Positions 16,484-25,606 are shown, counted from the stretch's first letter. The stretch: 27,371 nucleotides of DNA from Patescibacteria group bacterium (GCA_038251925.1 JBBSAU010000001.1:1-27371); one strand, 5' to 3'. Translations and numbers: made by a program. Notes: generated by a model not told the origin, from the sequence alone.

Positions 16484-17146
16484 ATGAAAATAGTTTGCGT
16501 CATCCCTGCCTATAATGAAGCTCAGAATATTCGCTTGGTGATTTCCAAGGTCAAGTCTTTTGTCGATGAGATAATTATTGTTGACGACGCCTCAAGCGAT
16601 GATACTTTTAAGCTTGCCAACCTTGATAATGTTACAGCTGTGCGCCATATTATTAATCGCGGTCAAGGCGCCGCTCTAAGAACGGGTACCGAACTAGCCC
16701 TTGAAAGAGGAGCAGACATAATTATTCATTTTGACGCTGACGACCAATTTCAAGCCGAAGATATTCCTGAAATGCTTGAACCATTAATAAATGGGAAGGC
16801 TGACGCTGTTCTCGGCTCGAGATTTTTAAGTAAAAAATCTAATTTACCAAAAATAAAAAGAAATTTAATAATGCCCCTCGCTCGACTAAGTAATCTTCTC
16901 TTATTTAATATCCGCCTCAGCGATCCCCAAAGTGGTTTCCGCGCCCTCAGCCGTTCGAGCGCCTCGAAATTAAAAATCGAAAATGACGGCATGGCGCATT
17001 GCAGTGAAATTATTTATCAATTATTTAAAAACAAAGAAAGAGTTGTCGAGGTACCGATCAAAGTTATCTACCATGAATATGGACAAAAATTAAGTGGCGG
17101 TTTTAAAATAATTAAAGACTTACTAATTCAAAAATTAATTAACTAA
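16484..17146 (+). CDS. GT2 glycosyltransferase, DPM1/GtrB-like polyprenol-phosphate glycosyltransferase
   Basis: VIPAYNE, VDDASSD, NRGQGAAL, FDADDQ, GSRF, DPQSGFRA. Confidence 0.92.
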   Translation: MKIVCVIPAYNEAQNIRLVISKVKSFVDEIIIVDDASSDDTFKLANLDNVTAVRHIINRGQGAALRTGTELALERGADIIIHFDADDQFQAEDIPEMLEPLINGKADAVLGSRFLSKKSNLPKIKRNLIMPLARLSNLLLFNIRLSDPQSGFRALSRSSASKLKIENDGMAHCSEIIYQLFKNKERVVEVPIKVIYHEYGQKLSGGFKIIKDLLIQKLIN

Positions 17147-17148
17147 AT

Positions 17149-17469
17149 ATGCTTCAGCAAGTTCTCGCTCTCATCGTTATAATATTTTTTCTTTTGCGAC
17201 TTCTCAAGCAAAAGAACCACAAACAAATTAATGGGAGTGAATTTTCCCTGTGGTTAATCTTTTGGTTACTGGCACTAGGAGCAATTATATTCATTAAACA
17301 AATCGACACTCTCGTCGCTTGGTTAGGTTTCTCTGGCACCGCAATTAACATTTTAGTCTATTTAACAATGCTGGCCTTAATCTATCAAGTCTTTAGTATG
17401 CGACTGACTATTGCTAAAATCAATAAAAATATTAGTGAACTTAATCAAGCCTTGACTCTCAAGAAATAA
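17149..17469 (+). CDS. DUF2304-family small membrane protein
   Basis: 106 aa with three TM segments, WLIFW, and a C-terminal coiled-coil-like tail (ISELNQALTL); 2 nt after the GT2 gene, the usual context for this family. Confidence 0.8.
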   Translation: MLQQVLALIVIIFFLLRLLKQKNHKQINGSEFSLWLIFWLLALGAIIFIKQIDTLVAWLGFSGTAINILVYLTMLALIYQVFSMRLTIAKINKNISELNQALTLKK

Positions 17470-17486
17470 TCCACAGAAAATAATTT

Positions 17487-18617
17487 ATGAAAATTGCATC
17501 AATCGTTTGTGCCTATCCACCTTATGCCGGAGGCATTGGTAATAGCGCCGAGCGAATAAATAATTTACTAGGAGAAAAACACCAAATTACGACATTTACT
17601 CCTTCGACTATTAAGCCTTGGCTACAGTTTGGTCACGGCGCATTTTTGCCACAACTTTTTTTCAAATTAAATAAATTTGATTATATTTATTTACATTATC
17701 CATTTTTTGGTACAGCCGAAGTCATTTGGTTTTTTAAATTATTTTTTAAACGACCAAAACTTATTATTCATTATCATATGGATGTTAAGGGATTGAGTCC
17801 ACTCGGTAAATTACTTAGTATTCCTAGTCGTCTCGTTCGTTCTTCCCTTTTAAAGCAAGCTGAAATCATAGTCAGCGGTAGCCTCGATTATATTCGCTCT
17901 AGCCAAATAAAAGATTATTTTAAAATAAATCGAGAGAAATTTCGAGAGATTCCCTTCGGCCTTGATATCTCAAAATTTCAGCCAAAATTAATCAATCGAA
18001 CCCTTGAAAGCAATGCCCTTTCGAAGGCCCAAGAAATAGTTCATTTTATAAACAATAAATTCATTAAGCGTAATCGCTTAAATTTATTATTTGTCGGCGG
18101 ACTTGATCAGGCACATTATTTTAAAGGAGTTGACGTTCTTCTGAGCGCCCTTTTAATTACTGAGTCTAAAAACTGGAAACTTAAAATTGTTGGTGATGGT
18201 AACTTAAAATCTCAGTATCAAGAGACAGCTAAAAATTTAAAACTCGATAAACAAATTGAATTTTCGGGAAAATTATCAGACTCTGAGCTAATCCGCGTCT
18301 ACCAAAATGCTGATCTACTTATTCTTCCCTCAATAAACAGTAATGAGGCTTTCGGGTTAGTTTTAATTGAAGCACTCGCCTGTGGTGTACCCGTAATCGC
18401 GTCAAACTTGCCTGGCGTTCGAGAAGTATTTACAAATCATGTCGAAGGTCTACTAGTTGAGCCCGGAAGCGCCGAGGACTTAAAAAAGAAATTAGAACAA
18501 ATCTTTAATAACGAAGAACAGCGACGAACAATGGCGCTGGCGGCTCGTAAACTAAGCGAAGAAAAATACGATTTGAGTAAAATAAAAAATCAGCTAGAAG
18601 GCTTATTTAAAGATTAA
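17487..18617 (+). CDS. GT4 (GT-B) glycosyltransferase
   Basis: PPYAGG, LFVGGL...KGVDVL, LPSINSNEAFGLVLIEA (EX7E), GVPVIAS. Confidence 0.93.
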   Translation: MKIASIVCAYPPYAGGIGNSAERINNLLGEKHQITTFTPSTIKPWLQFGHGAFLPQLFFKLNKFDYIYLHYPFFGTAEVIWFFKLFFKRPKLIIHYHMDVKGLSPLGKLLSIPSRLVRSSLLKQAEIIVSGSLDYIRSSQIKDYFKINREKFREIPFGLDISKFQPKLINRTLESNALSKAQEIVHFINNKFIKRNRLNLLFVGGLDQAHYFKGVDVLLSALLITESKNWKLKIVGDGNLKSQYQETAKNLKLDKQIEFSGKLSDSELIRVYQNADLLILPSINSNEAFGLVLIEALACGVPVIASNLPGVREVFTNHVEGLLVEPGSAEDLKKKLEQIFNNEEQRRTMALAARKLSEEKYDLSKIKNQLEGLFKD

Positions 18618-18626
18618 AAAACAAAA

Positions 18627-19667
18627 ATGAAAATTGCTATTTTTAATAATCTATATCACCCATTCAACCGAGGTGGGGCCGAAACAGTTGTCAAAAATAT
18701 GATAGCGGATTTCAAATCTGAAGGCGATGAAGTTTTTTTAATTACAAGTAAACTCAGCAATGTCGAAGCGCCTATAAATACTGAATTAAAAATATACTAC
18801 CTTGACTCGCTTTATTTAAATTTGGCTAAAATCCCTCCCTATCAAAGAGTCTTTTGGCATCTGGCCAATATCTTTTCTTTTAAAAATGCTAGGGCTGTTA
18901 AAAAAATTCTCGAACTTGAAAAACCAGATTTAGTTATTACCCACAACTTAATGGGTCTCGGCTACTTAATACCTAGTGTTATAAAAAAATTAAAAATTCG
19001 CCACTTTCATTATCTGCATGATATCCAACTACTTTATCCAACCGGTTTAATGATGCTCGGGCAGGAAAAAATAGTTGATGGTTTTAGCGCAAAAATATAT
19101 CAAATGTTTACGCGGGCTCTCTTGGCCTCTCCATCAAAAATTATTTCTCCTTCAAGATGGCTACTAGGTCAACACCAACTGCGCGGTTTTTTTCGCGACT
19201 CAGAAACAGAGATTAGAAATACTCTAAGCCCTGAAAAGACTAGCCTCCAATCAAAAATTAAAAGAAATTTTTTATTTGTGGGACAAATCGAGCATCACAA
19301 AGGGATTACTTTTCTAATTAAAGCTTTTCTATTGGCATCTAAAAATAATCACGAAATCACATTAACTATTATTGGAGATGGTGATTTACTGAGTGGTGCT
19401 AAAACTTTAGCCGATAGTAATAGTCAAATAAAATTTCTCGGCCGTCTTAAAAGTAGCGCCGTCGCTGAGCTAATGAAACAAAGTGATTGTTTAATCATTC
19501 CCTCTTTATGCTACGAGAATGCGCCGATGACTATTTGCGAAGCGCACGCCGCCGGTTTAAGCGTTCTCGCGGCAAATATCGGCGGTATTCCAGAAATAAT
19601 TAATTCAAATGATAGCTTATTTAATCCGGGTGATATTTTAGATCTAAGCAAAAAAATTAGATCATAA
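18627..19667 (+). CDS. GT4 (GT-B) glycosyltransferase
   Basis: GGAE, HNL, HD, FVGQIEHHKG, PSLCYENAPMTICEA, NIGGIPE. Confidence 0.92.
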   Translation: MKIAIFNNLYHPFNRGGAETVVKNMIADFKSEGDEVFLITSKLSNVEAPINTELKIYYLDSLYLNLAKIPPYQRVFWHLANIFSFKNARAVKKILELEKPDLVITHNLMGLGYLIPSVIKKLKIRHFHYLHDIQLLYPTGLMMLGQEKIVDGFSAKIYQMFTRALLASPSKIISPSRWLLGQHQLRGFFRDSETEIRNTLSPEKTSLQSKIKRNFLFVGQIEHHKGITFLIKAFLLASKNNHEITLTIIGDGDLLSGAKTLADSNSQIKFLGRLKSSAVAELMKQSDCLIIPSLCYENAPMTICEAHAAGLSVLAANIGGIPEIINSNDSLFNPGDILDLSKKIRS

Positions 19668-19711
19668 TTTAAAAATATAATTTAATAAAAAAATTCAATA
19701 GAAATAAATCC

Positions 19712-19742
19712 AAAAAAACCGAGTGATTACTCGGCTTTTTTT
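19712..19742. terminator. Bidirectional intrinsic terminator between the convergent GT4 and epimerase genes
   Basis: aaaaaaaCCGAGT-gatt-ACTCGGcttttttt. Confidence 0.82.
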
Positions 19743-19761
19743 ATTTTAAATAAATTTTATT

Positions 19762-20781
19762 TTAGTTTAAACTATGAAGTCTCTTATTGGCTTGAATGTC
19801 AAAAATTGTTTTCTTTAGGCCATTAGCTAAGGTAACAACGGGCATCCAATTCAAATTATTTTTAGCCGCTCGAATATCCGGTAGAGCAAGCTCGGAGACA
19901 AATAAAGGGCTCTCAACATAAGTCACCGCTGACTGCGATGAGGTTTCAGCAATAATCATCGCTACCAGAGTACTAAGTTTAACATCGACATCAGAGCCAA
20001 TATTTATCGGACCGGCCACGTCGGTAGTCATAATTTTTGTAACCGCATCAAGTGCATCTTCGATATAGCAGAACGAGGATGAAAAATTAATATCTCCCGG
20101 AACAACAATATCTTTATTATCAAGAGCTGAATTTATAAAATCCGGAATCATTTGATCGTCATCATGCTCCATTCGTGGTCCATAGATTCTAAATAATCTA
20201 ATTATCTTCGCATCAATATTATATATCGAGCGATAGTTTACAACCATTGTTTCCGCGAATCTCTTGCCTTCATCATAAGAACTGCGCTCCGATAAATTAT
20301 CGACACAGCCTAAATTATTTTCAAGTATTTTTAAACCCGGATCATCGGTTTTGCGGGGACCATAAACTACTGATGACGAAAATTGCAAAAATTTAGAATT
20401 ATATTTAACGGCAATATCTAATAAATTTTTTACAGTATAGGAATTTGAAAGTAGCGTTGCTAAACGATTACTTAAAAAATTTCGCGGTGACATCGGACAA
20501 GCTAAATTATAGATTTCCTGAATACCTTGAAATTCAATTTTAAATTTTTTTAAATCAGCTCTCCCCTCTAAATCAAGTGGCTTGCTTAAGTCATGATTAA
20601 TGAAAGCAAAATCCGGGCTAGCTAAGAGATGGTCGATATTTCTTTCACTCCCAGTTATAAAATTATCGACGCAGATTACTTTACAGGTTTTTATTAACTC
20701 ATCACAAAGATGCGATCCAACAAAACCCGCGCCACCAGCGACCAGGACATTTTTTTTATCAAAAATAATTTGCGTTGACAT
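19762..20781 (-). CDS. NAD-dependent nucleotide-sugar epimerase/dehydratase, UDP-glucuronate decarboxylase (UXS)-like
   Basis: GGAGFVGSHL, DNFITG, YDEGKR (YxxxK), YGPRM, NIGS, PDI. Confidence 0.85.
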   Translation of the reverse strand: MSTQIIFDKKNVLVAGGAGFVGSHLCDELIKTCKVICVDNFITGSERNIDHLLASPDFAFINHDLSKPLDLEGRADLKKFKIEFQGIQEIYNLACPMSPRNFLSNRLATLLSNSYTVKNLLDIAVKYNSKFLQFSSSVVYGPRKTDDPGLKILENNLGCVDNLSERSSYDEGKRFAETMVVNYRSIYNIDAKIIRLFRIYGPRMEHDDDQMIPDFINSALDNKDIVVPGDINFSSSFCYIEDALDAVTKIMTTDVAGPINIGSDVDVKLSTLVAMIIAETSSQSAVTYVESPLFVSELALPDIRAAKNNLNWMPVVTLANGLKKTIFDIQANKRLHSLN

Positions 20782-20786
20782 ATATT

Positions 20787-22814
20787 TTAATTATTTATTC
20801 TTATTATACCAAGATTAACGCCACCGTTAAAGCCCGCCTCCCAGACGTAGAATGACTCAAGAAGTGTTCCTTCATCATTAAAAATACGAACATGGGGCGC
20901 AGCACCCGGATTAGCACCAACGGCAATTTCATTAATGCCGTCATTGTTTATATCACCGGCAGCCAAATTTACTCCTCCTTGCCAATTTTTCCCATAGGCC
21001 AAAAATTGATTTTGCAAAATACCATGATTATTATAAATTTTCAGCATTGGCTCTCGTCCCTTACCAGGGGCAAGAATAATTTCCGCCTTATTATGATTTA
21101 ATCGGCCATTTACATTAGCAACGGCGACTTTAACACCGCCGCGGAAAGATTTTTCATAAGCTAACCAAACACCTAATAATTTACCATCTTTATTGAAAAT
21201 TCTAACTTGTGGTTCAAGCCCGCTCGCAAAGCCAACTACAATACTATTTGCGTCTCGACCCTCTAAGTCTCCAACAGCAATATTTAAGCCACCATAAAAT
21301 TTAGCATCAACCGCTAAGAATTGTTTTATGAGCCTACCTTGGCTACTAAATATTTTAACTTGAGCCGTTCCGCGAGAAGCCGCGGCCGTAATTATCTCTG
21401 CTTCATCATTATTGTCTAAGTTCGCAACCGCGACATTTATCCCTCCTCTAAATTTTTTATCAGCCGCTAAAAACTTTTTTATTAATTTCCCATCAGAATT
21501 AAAAATCATAACGTAGGGCTCAGTATCTGGCGCTGCACCAATAATAACTTCATCATTAGAGTCACCACTTATATCTCCCGTAGCGATACTAACATTAGGG
21601 CCAAATTTCTCTGTCCAAGAAATATTTTTTACAAGATCACCGTTAGCGGCTGTTAATTTTGACTCCTTTTTTCCAGCTACGGGCATTAAAAGCAAACGAC
21701 TCAAACGGCTATATAAACTATCCTTAGCCATTTCAATCGCTTTATTTAAATTTAGACGTCCATTACCGAGTTGCCCTAAATAATTTGGATTCAGTCGGCT
21801 AATATTGTCAGTTGAAGCAAATAAAATATTTACTATTTCACGACGACTAAGCTCCGGGTTGGCCTGAGCGATTAGGGCTAGTGAAGCGGAAACAAGTGGC
21901 GCAGCCATGGAGGTTCCTGACCAAAAACCGTCATAATATTTATTTTTATCATTAGGGTCGCTTCCAGGAGTAACCGTATTAAAAAAACTAATTCCTGGGG
22001 CTGTAATATCAACACAACGAAAACCGTAGCTCGAAAATCTCGCCTTTTGATCTAAGGCATCAGTCGCCGCTACACCAATAACCATATTTTCACCGAACTG
22101 ACCGTCGTAACAAGCGGGATATATCGGCGTCTTATCAATATTATAACCCTCTCCGGCCGACTGTTCATTTCCAGCGGCAGCAACTATCATTACGCCATTA
22201 TCATGAGCTCGCTTTATTGCCTCTTGAACCGAGTCGCTATAAGTAAAATTCACAAAACTCAAATTAATAATATCTGCTCCATTATTAACTGCATAATCAA
22301 TTGCTCTGACAACATCACTTATTTTTCCTTCCCCTTTATCATTTAGAACCTTAAGAGCCATAATTTGCGCTCGCCAAGTAAGCCCAGCGACCCCTTTGTT
22401 ATTATTGCCGCGGGCAGCAATTATTCCAGCCACCATAGTGCCGTGAGAAATACCCGCCTCTGTCCAGCCAGTCGAAAATTTAGGTGAAGGATCGGGCGCA
22501 TTATTTACAAAATCCCAGCCATTTACATCGTCGATGTATCCGTTTCTATCATCATCTTTATTATTAGCTTCTATCTCTTTTGAATTTTTCCAAATATTAC
22601 CAAGTAAATCAGGGTGATTTATATCAATACCAGAATCAATAACAGCAATCACCATATCTGGACTTTCAGAAATCTTATCCCAAGCACTGTCAGCACTTAT
22701 TTTGGCTAAATACCACTGATTCTTATAAAAAGGGTCATTGGGCGTAATGCTAGCCAAAACAGGCTCGGCCAAGACGAGAAAAAGTATAAAAAAAGATGTT
22801 ATTAATTTCTTCAT
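20787..22814 (-). CDS. Secreted S8 subtilisin-like serine protease with C-terminal FG-GAP/VCBS-like repeats
   Basis: Signal peptide; triad motifs VIDSG, HGTMVAG, GTSMAAP; oxyanion AAGN; C-terminal repeats. Confidence 0.95.
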   Translation of the reverse strand: MKKLITSFFILFLVLAEPVLASITPNDPFYKNQWYLAKISADSAWDKISESPDMVIAVIDSGIDINHPDLLGNIWKNSKEIEANNKDDDRNGYIDDVNGWDFVNNAPDPSPKFSTGWTEAGISHGTMVAGIIAARGNNNKGVAGLTWRAQIMALKVLNDKGEGKISDVVRAIDYAVNNGADIINLSFVNFTYSDSVQEAIKRAHDNGVMIVAAAGNEQSAGEGYNIDKTPIYPACYDGQFGENMVIGVAATDALDQKARFSSYGFRCVDITAPGISFFNTVTPGSDPNDKNKYYDGFWSGTSMAAPLVSASLALIAQANPELSRREIVNILFASTDNISRLNPNYLGQLGNGRLNLNKAIEMAKDSLYSRLSRLLLMPVAGKKESKLTAANGDLVKNISWTEKFGPNVSIATGDISGDSNDEVIIGAAPDTEPYVMIFNSDGKLIKKFLAADKKFRGGINVAVANLDNNDEAEIITAAASRGTAQVKIFSSQGRLIKQFLAVDAKFYGGLNIAVGDLEGRDANSIVVGFASGLEPQVRIFNKDGKLLGVWLAYEKSFRGGVKVAVANVNGRLNHNKAEIILAPGKGREPMLKIYNNHGILQNQFLAYGKNWQGGVNLAAGDINNDGINEIAVGANPGAAPHVRIFNDEGTLLESFYVWEAGFNGGVNLGIIRINN
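20790..21593 (-). repeat. Five approximately 51-aa protein repeats (FG-GAP-like, probable beta-propeller) plus a terminal partial unit
   Basis: Units such as VNLAAGDINNDGINEIAVGANPGAAPHVRIFNDEGTLLESFYVWEAGFNGG and INVAVANLDNNDEAEIITAAASRGTAQVKIFSSQGRLIKQFLAVDAKFYGG. Confidence 0.85.
20803..20811 (-). promoter_or_regulatory. Internal extended -10 (TGgTATAAT) for the epimerase gene, inside the S8 gene 3' end
   Basis: TGGTATAAT ending 21 nt upstream of ATG 20781. Confidence 0.5.
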
Positions 22815-22822
22815 ATAACATC

Positions 22823-22834
22823 ATTATAATAACA
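22823..22834 (-). promoter_or_regulatory. -10 element for the S8 protease gene (near-leaderless)
   Basis: Minus strand TGTTATTATAAT: TATAAT 8 nt before the ATG, overlapping an alternative TGtTATTAT. Confidence 0.55.
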
Positions 22835-22863
22835 CAAATATAAATTTTATTGTAGCGCTTTTT

Positions 22864-24075
22864 TTAGAGATTTTCAATCTCACGCAGAGTCTCCTCGGCA
22901 CATTTTCGCCAACTGAACTTCGCACTTTGTGCTAAGCCTTTAGTAATCAAGGAGTCACGTAAATCTTGATCTATAACTATTTTAGCCATGGCCTCAGCGA
23001 TTGAATGTTTATCGTTTTGATCAAAATAATAGACGGCATCACCTGCAACTTCACGAAGAACTGGCAAATCAGAGGCAATGGTCGGTAGACCACAGGCTAA
23101 AGATTCTAAAATCGGAATGCCAAAACCTTCGTGTTTAGTCGGAAAAACAAAAGCCGTGGCCGCATTATAAATATAAGGGAGATCCGCTTCACTAACCCAA
23201 CCCGGAATTTGCACATCATTATTTAAATCAAATTCTTCAATAACATATTTTACCTCATCAAAACCAAAACTAGCGTTCCCAATTAAAACTAAGTTCTCCT
23301 TTATGTCCGGATAATCTTCACGTAGTAAGGCTAGCGACTCAATTAGGGCTGGCGTATTTTTTTTCTTTTCTAGACGACCAACATAAAGAAAAAATGGCTG
23401 CTTCAAATTATATTTTTCGAGTATTTTTTTAGTTTTTTCTGGATCTTTTATAAGTTTGAATATGTCATTATTATAACCGTTATGAACCACTGAAATTTTT
23501 TGCTTTTTAGTTTTCGGATAAAGACTTAAAATCTCGGCTTTTGTAAAATCAGAAACAGTAATTATTTTCTTGGCATGCTGAAGGGCAAAAGCAGTTGACC
23601 AATAAAGATAATCGACCGAATCACTTCGATATTTTCCCAGGGTCACTACTTTAACTAAAAAACTAACTAAACGGCGAGAACCGACTATCCGTGTTTTTAC
23701 TTTTTCAGAAAAATAAAGATTTTGTTCACGAACGAAAGCAATATCATGAATCGTATTAATTGTTTTTCGCGGACTAAACAAGGGCAAAGTATGAGCCGGA
23801 ACGAATAGGACATCCGGACGACGAATTATCATCTCTAGCGACAGACGACCTAATGTCCAAAAAGAATATAAAGGCCAATTTAAATACTTAAAAATAAAAT
23901 TGGGATTATCTTTTATAACTTCAGCTAGTTCCGCAGTCGGTGCTGTATTTAAATAAAGCCAATATTTATTTGTTTTATCAATAATGGCGAGATTTTTTAT
24001 AAGAAAAAATGAGTACCACTCCGTACCAGTCTTTCTTTGTCTATTGGCGCGTGAAGCATCAATGCCAATAATCAT
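22864..24075 (-). CDS. GT4 (GT-B) glycosyltransferase
   Basis: IGIDAS...TGTEWY, TIHD, VSDFTK, YVGRLEKKKN, FPTKHEGFGIPILES (EX7E). Confidence 0.93.
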   Translation of the reverse strand: MIIGIDASRANRQRKTGTEWYSFFLIKNLAIIDKTNKYWLYLNTAPTAELAEVIKDNPNFIFKYLNWPLYSFWTLGRLSLEMIIRRPDVLFVPAHTLPLFSPRKTINTIHDIAFVREQNLYFSEKVKTRIVGSRRLVSFLVKVVTLGKYRSDSVDYLYWSTAFALQHAKKIITVSDFTKAEILSLYPKTKKQKISVVHNGYNNDIFKLIKDPEKTKKILEKYNLKQPFFLYVGRLEKKKNTPALIESLALLREDYPDIKENLVLIGNASFGFDEVKYVIEEFDLNNDVQIPGWVSEADLPYIYNAATAFVFPTKHEGFGIPILESLACGLPTIASDLPVLREVAGDAVYYFDQNDKHSIAEAMAKIVIDQDLRDSLITKGLAQSAKFSWRKCAEETLREIENL

Positions 24076-24082
24076 AAAATAA

Positions 24083-24116
24083 AATTAAGTTCTAAGCATG
24101 AGCTAAGAACTTAATT
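24083..24116 (-). promoter_or_regulatory. Intergenic hairpin overlapping the mreB stop codon and ending 7 nt before the GT4 ATG
   Basis: AATTAAGTTCT-x-AGC-loop4-GCT-x-AGAACTTAATT (11 bp + 3 bp stem). Confidence 0.6.
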
Positions 24117-25125
24117 ATTTAGTCGCTAAAATACTGCGTTTATATGAATCTAAATTATCTAAAGCAATTCCCGTTCCCTTGGCGACACAAAGCATCGCAT
24201 CGTCGGCCACATAAGCCGGCACGCCGGTTGTTCGAGAAATTAATTGATCCATGTTTCGTAAAAGTGAAGTTCCACCAGTTAAAACAATTCCTTTATCCAT
24301 AATATCGGCTGATAGTTCTGGCGGAGTTTTTTGCAAAACTTTTTTGGCGGCTGAGATAATCGCTTCCAGTTCGTTTTGAATCGCTTCAGTTACATCATCG
24401 CTCGAGACGGTTATACTTCGTGGCAAGCCAGTAACGATATCGCGACCGCGAATTTCCATATGAAGTTTATCCTCCATATATAAAGCCGAACCAATATTTA
24501 TTTTAATTTCTTCAGCCGTTCTTTCACCAATGGCTAAATTATATTTTTTTCGAACATATTCTAAAATCGCCGCATCAATTTTATTGCCCCCAACTCGAAC
24601 TGAAGTTGAAGCAACAATACCGCCTAAAGAAATAACCGCCATTTCCGCCGTGCCACCCCCAATATCAATTACCATATGACCAGTGGCTGAACCAATCGGG
24701 ATATCCGCGCCAATGGCCGCCGCTACCGGTTCTTTAATGATATAAGCCGCCTTGGCTCCGGCCGCAATAGTTGCTTCAATAACCGCCCGTCTTTCAGTTG
24801 AAGAAATTCCGGCGGGCACTGCAACCATAACTTCTGGACGAAATAAACGGATACCGCCTAAAGTCTTATTAATAAAATAACGAATCATGGCTTCAGTCGC
24901 CTTATAATCAGCAATAACTCCATCCTTTAGTGGTTTAACCGCTAAAATAGTATCAGGCGTACGGCCAATCATATCTTTCGCTTCATTTCCAACTGCTAAA
25001 ATTTTTCGGTCACTAATAGACACCGCCACCACGCTCGGTTCGTTAATAACGATCCCGCGTTTCGGCAGATGTACAAGGGTATAAGTTGTTCCGAGATCTA
25101 TCCCGATTCTTTTTATAAACATCAT
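24115..25125 (-). CDS. mreB: Rod shape-determining actin homologue MreB/Mbl
   Basis: IGIDLGT, NEPSVVA, PLKDGVIAD, TERRA, EPVAAAIGA, IDIGGGT, TPPELSADI, LTGG. Confidence 0.95.
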   Translation of the reverse strand: MMFIKRIGIDLGTTYTLVHLPKRGIVINEPSVVAVSISDRKILAVGNEAKDMIGRTPDTILAVKPLKDGVIADYKATEAMIRYFINKTLGGIRLFRPEVMVAVPAGISSTERRAVIEATIAAGAKAAYIIKEPVAAAIGADIPIGSATGHMVIDIGGGTAEMAVISLGGIVASTSVRVGGNKIDAAILEYVRKKYNLAIGERTAEEIKINIGSALYMEDKLHMEIRGRDIVTGLPRSITVSSDDVTEAIQNELEAIISAAKKVLQKTPPELSADIMDKGIVLTGGTSLLRNMDQLISRTTGVPAYVADDAMLCVAKGTGIALDNLDSYKRSILATK

Positions 25126-25132
25126 AAAAATC

Positions 25133-25170
25133 TGACTAATTCATCTTAGTATTTTTCGATGTTTTAGTCA
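25133..25170 (-). promoter_or_regulatory. Intergenic hairpin ending 7 nt before the mreB ATG
   Basis: Minus strand TGACTAA-aa-CATC-12nt-GATG-aa-TTAGTCA then gattttt ATG. Confidence 0.45.
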
Positions 25171-25180
25171 AATTAGCGAT

Positions 25181-25606
25181 TTATTCTTCGTAGTCTCGAT
25201 CATCGTTAGTGTCATCTTTTTCTTTGTTACCAACGATTTTTTTTACTTTCTCGGCGAATTCAAAAGTATCAAATTCTTCCTTGAAAAAAACATAGTCCGC
25301 GCCAAGCTCGAGCGAGCGACTGCGACTATCTTCATCGCTTAAATCCGTAAAAATAAATATTTCTTTTTCACTTAATTCATCATCAGCTTTTATTTTTCTA
25401 ACAACTTCAAAACCATCAATTTTTGGTAAAATCAAATCTAAAATAATATAATCCGGATCAAAAGCTTTTATCTCAGCCATCAGCTCCTCAATTTCTTCAT
25501 TGGCTTCAGAAATTTCAACATCGATGTCGGCGGCTGTAAATTGAGATTCAAGACCGTACAAGATATTAGCGTCATCTTCGACAATGAATATTTTTTTGCT
25601 TTTCAT
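25181..25606 (-). CDS. Single-domain response regulator (receiver only)
   Basis: Start corrected to MKSKKIFIVEDD (ATG 25606; the track extension overlaps rfbB); phospho-acceptor ILDLILP, switch Thr (FTD), Lys (FFK). Confidence 0.9.
   Translation of the reverse strand: MKSKKIFIVEDDANILYGLESQFTAADIDVEISEANEEIEELMAEIKAFDPDYIILDLILPKIDGFEVVRKIKADDELSEKEIFIFTDLSDEDSRSRSLELGADYVFFKEEFDTFEFAEKVKKIVGNKEKDDTNDDRDYEE

Noticed and set aside
9031-21101. Other 65-92 aa nested or antisense ORFs (9031, 10168, 11539, 12499, 12761, 13930, 16750, 17154, 20600, 20892)
   Set aside because: All overlap confident genes in other frames or strands and show no family motifs
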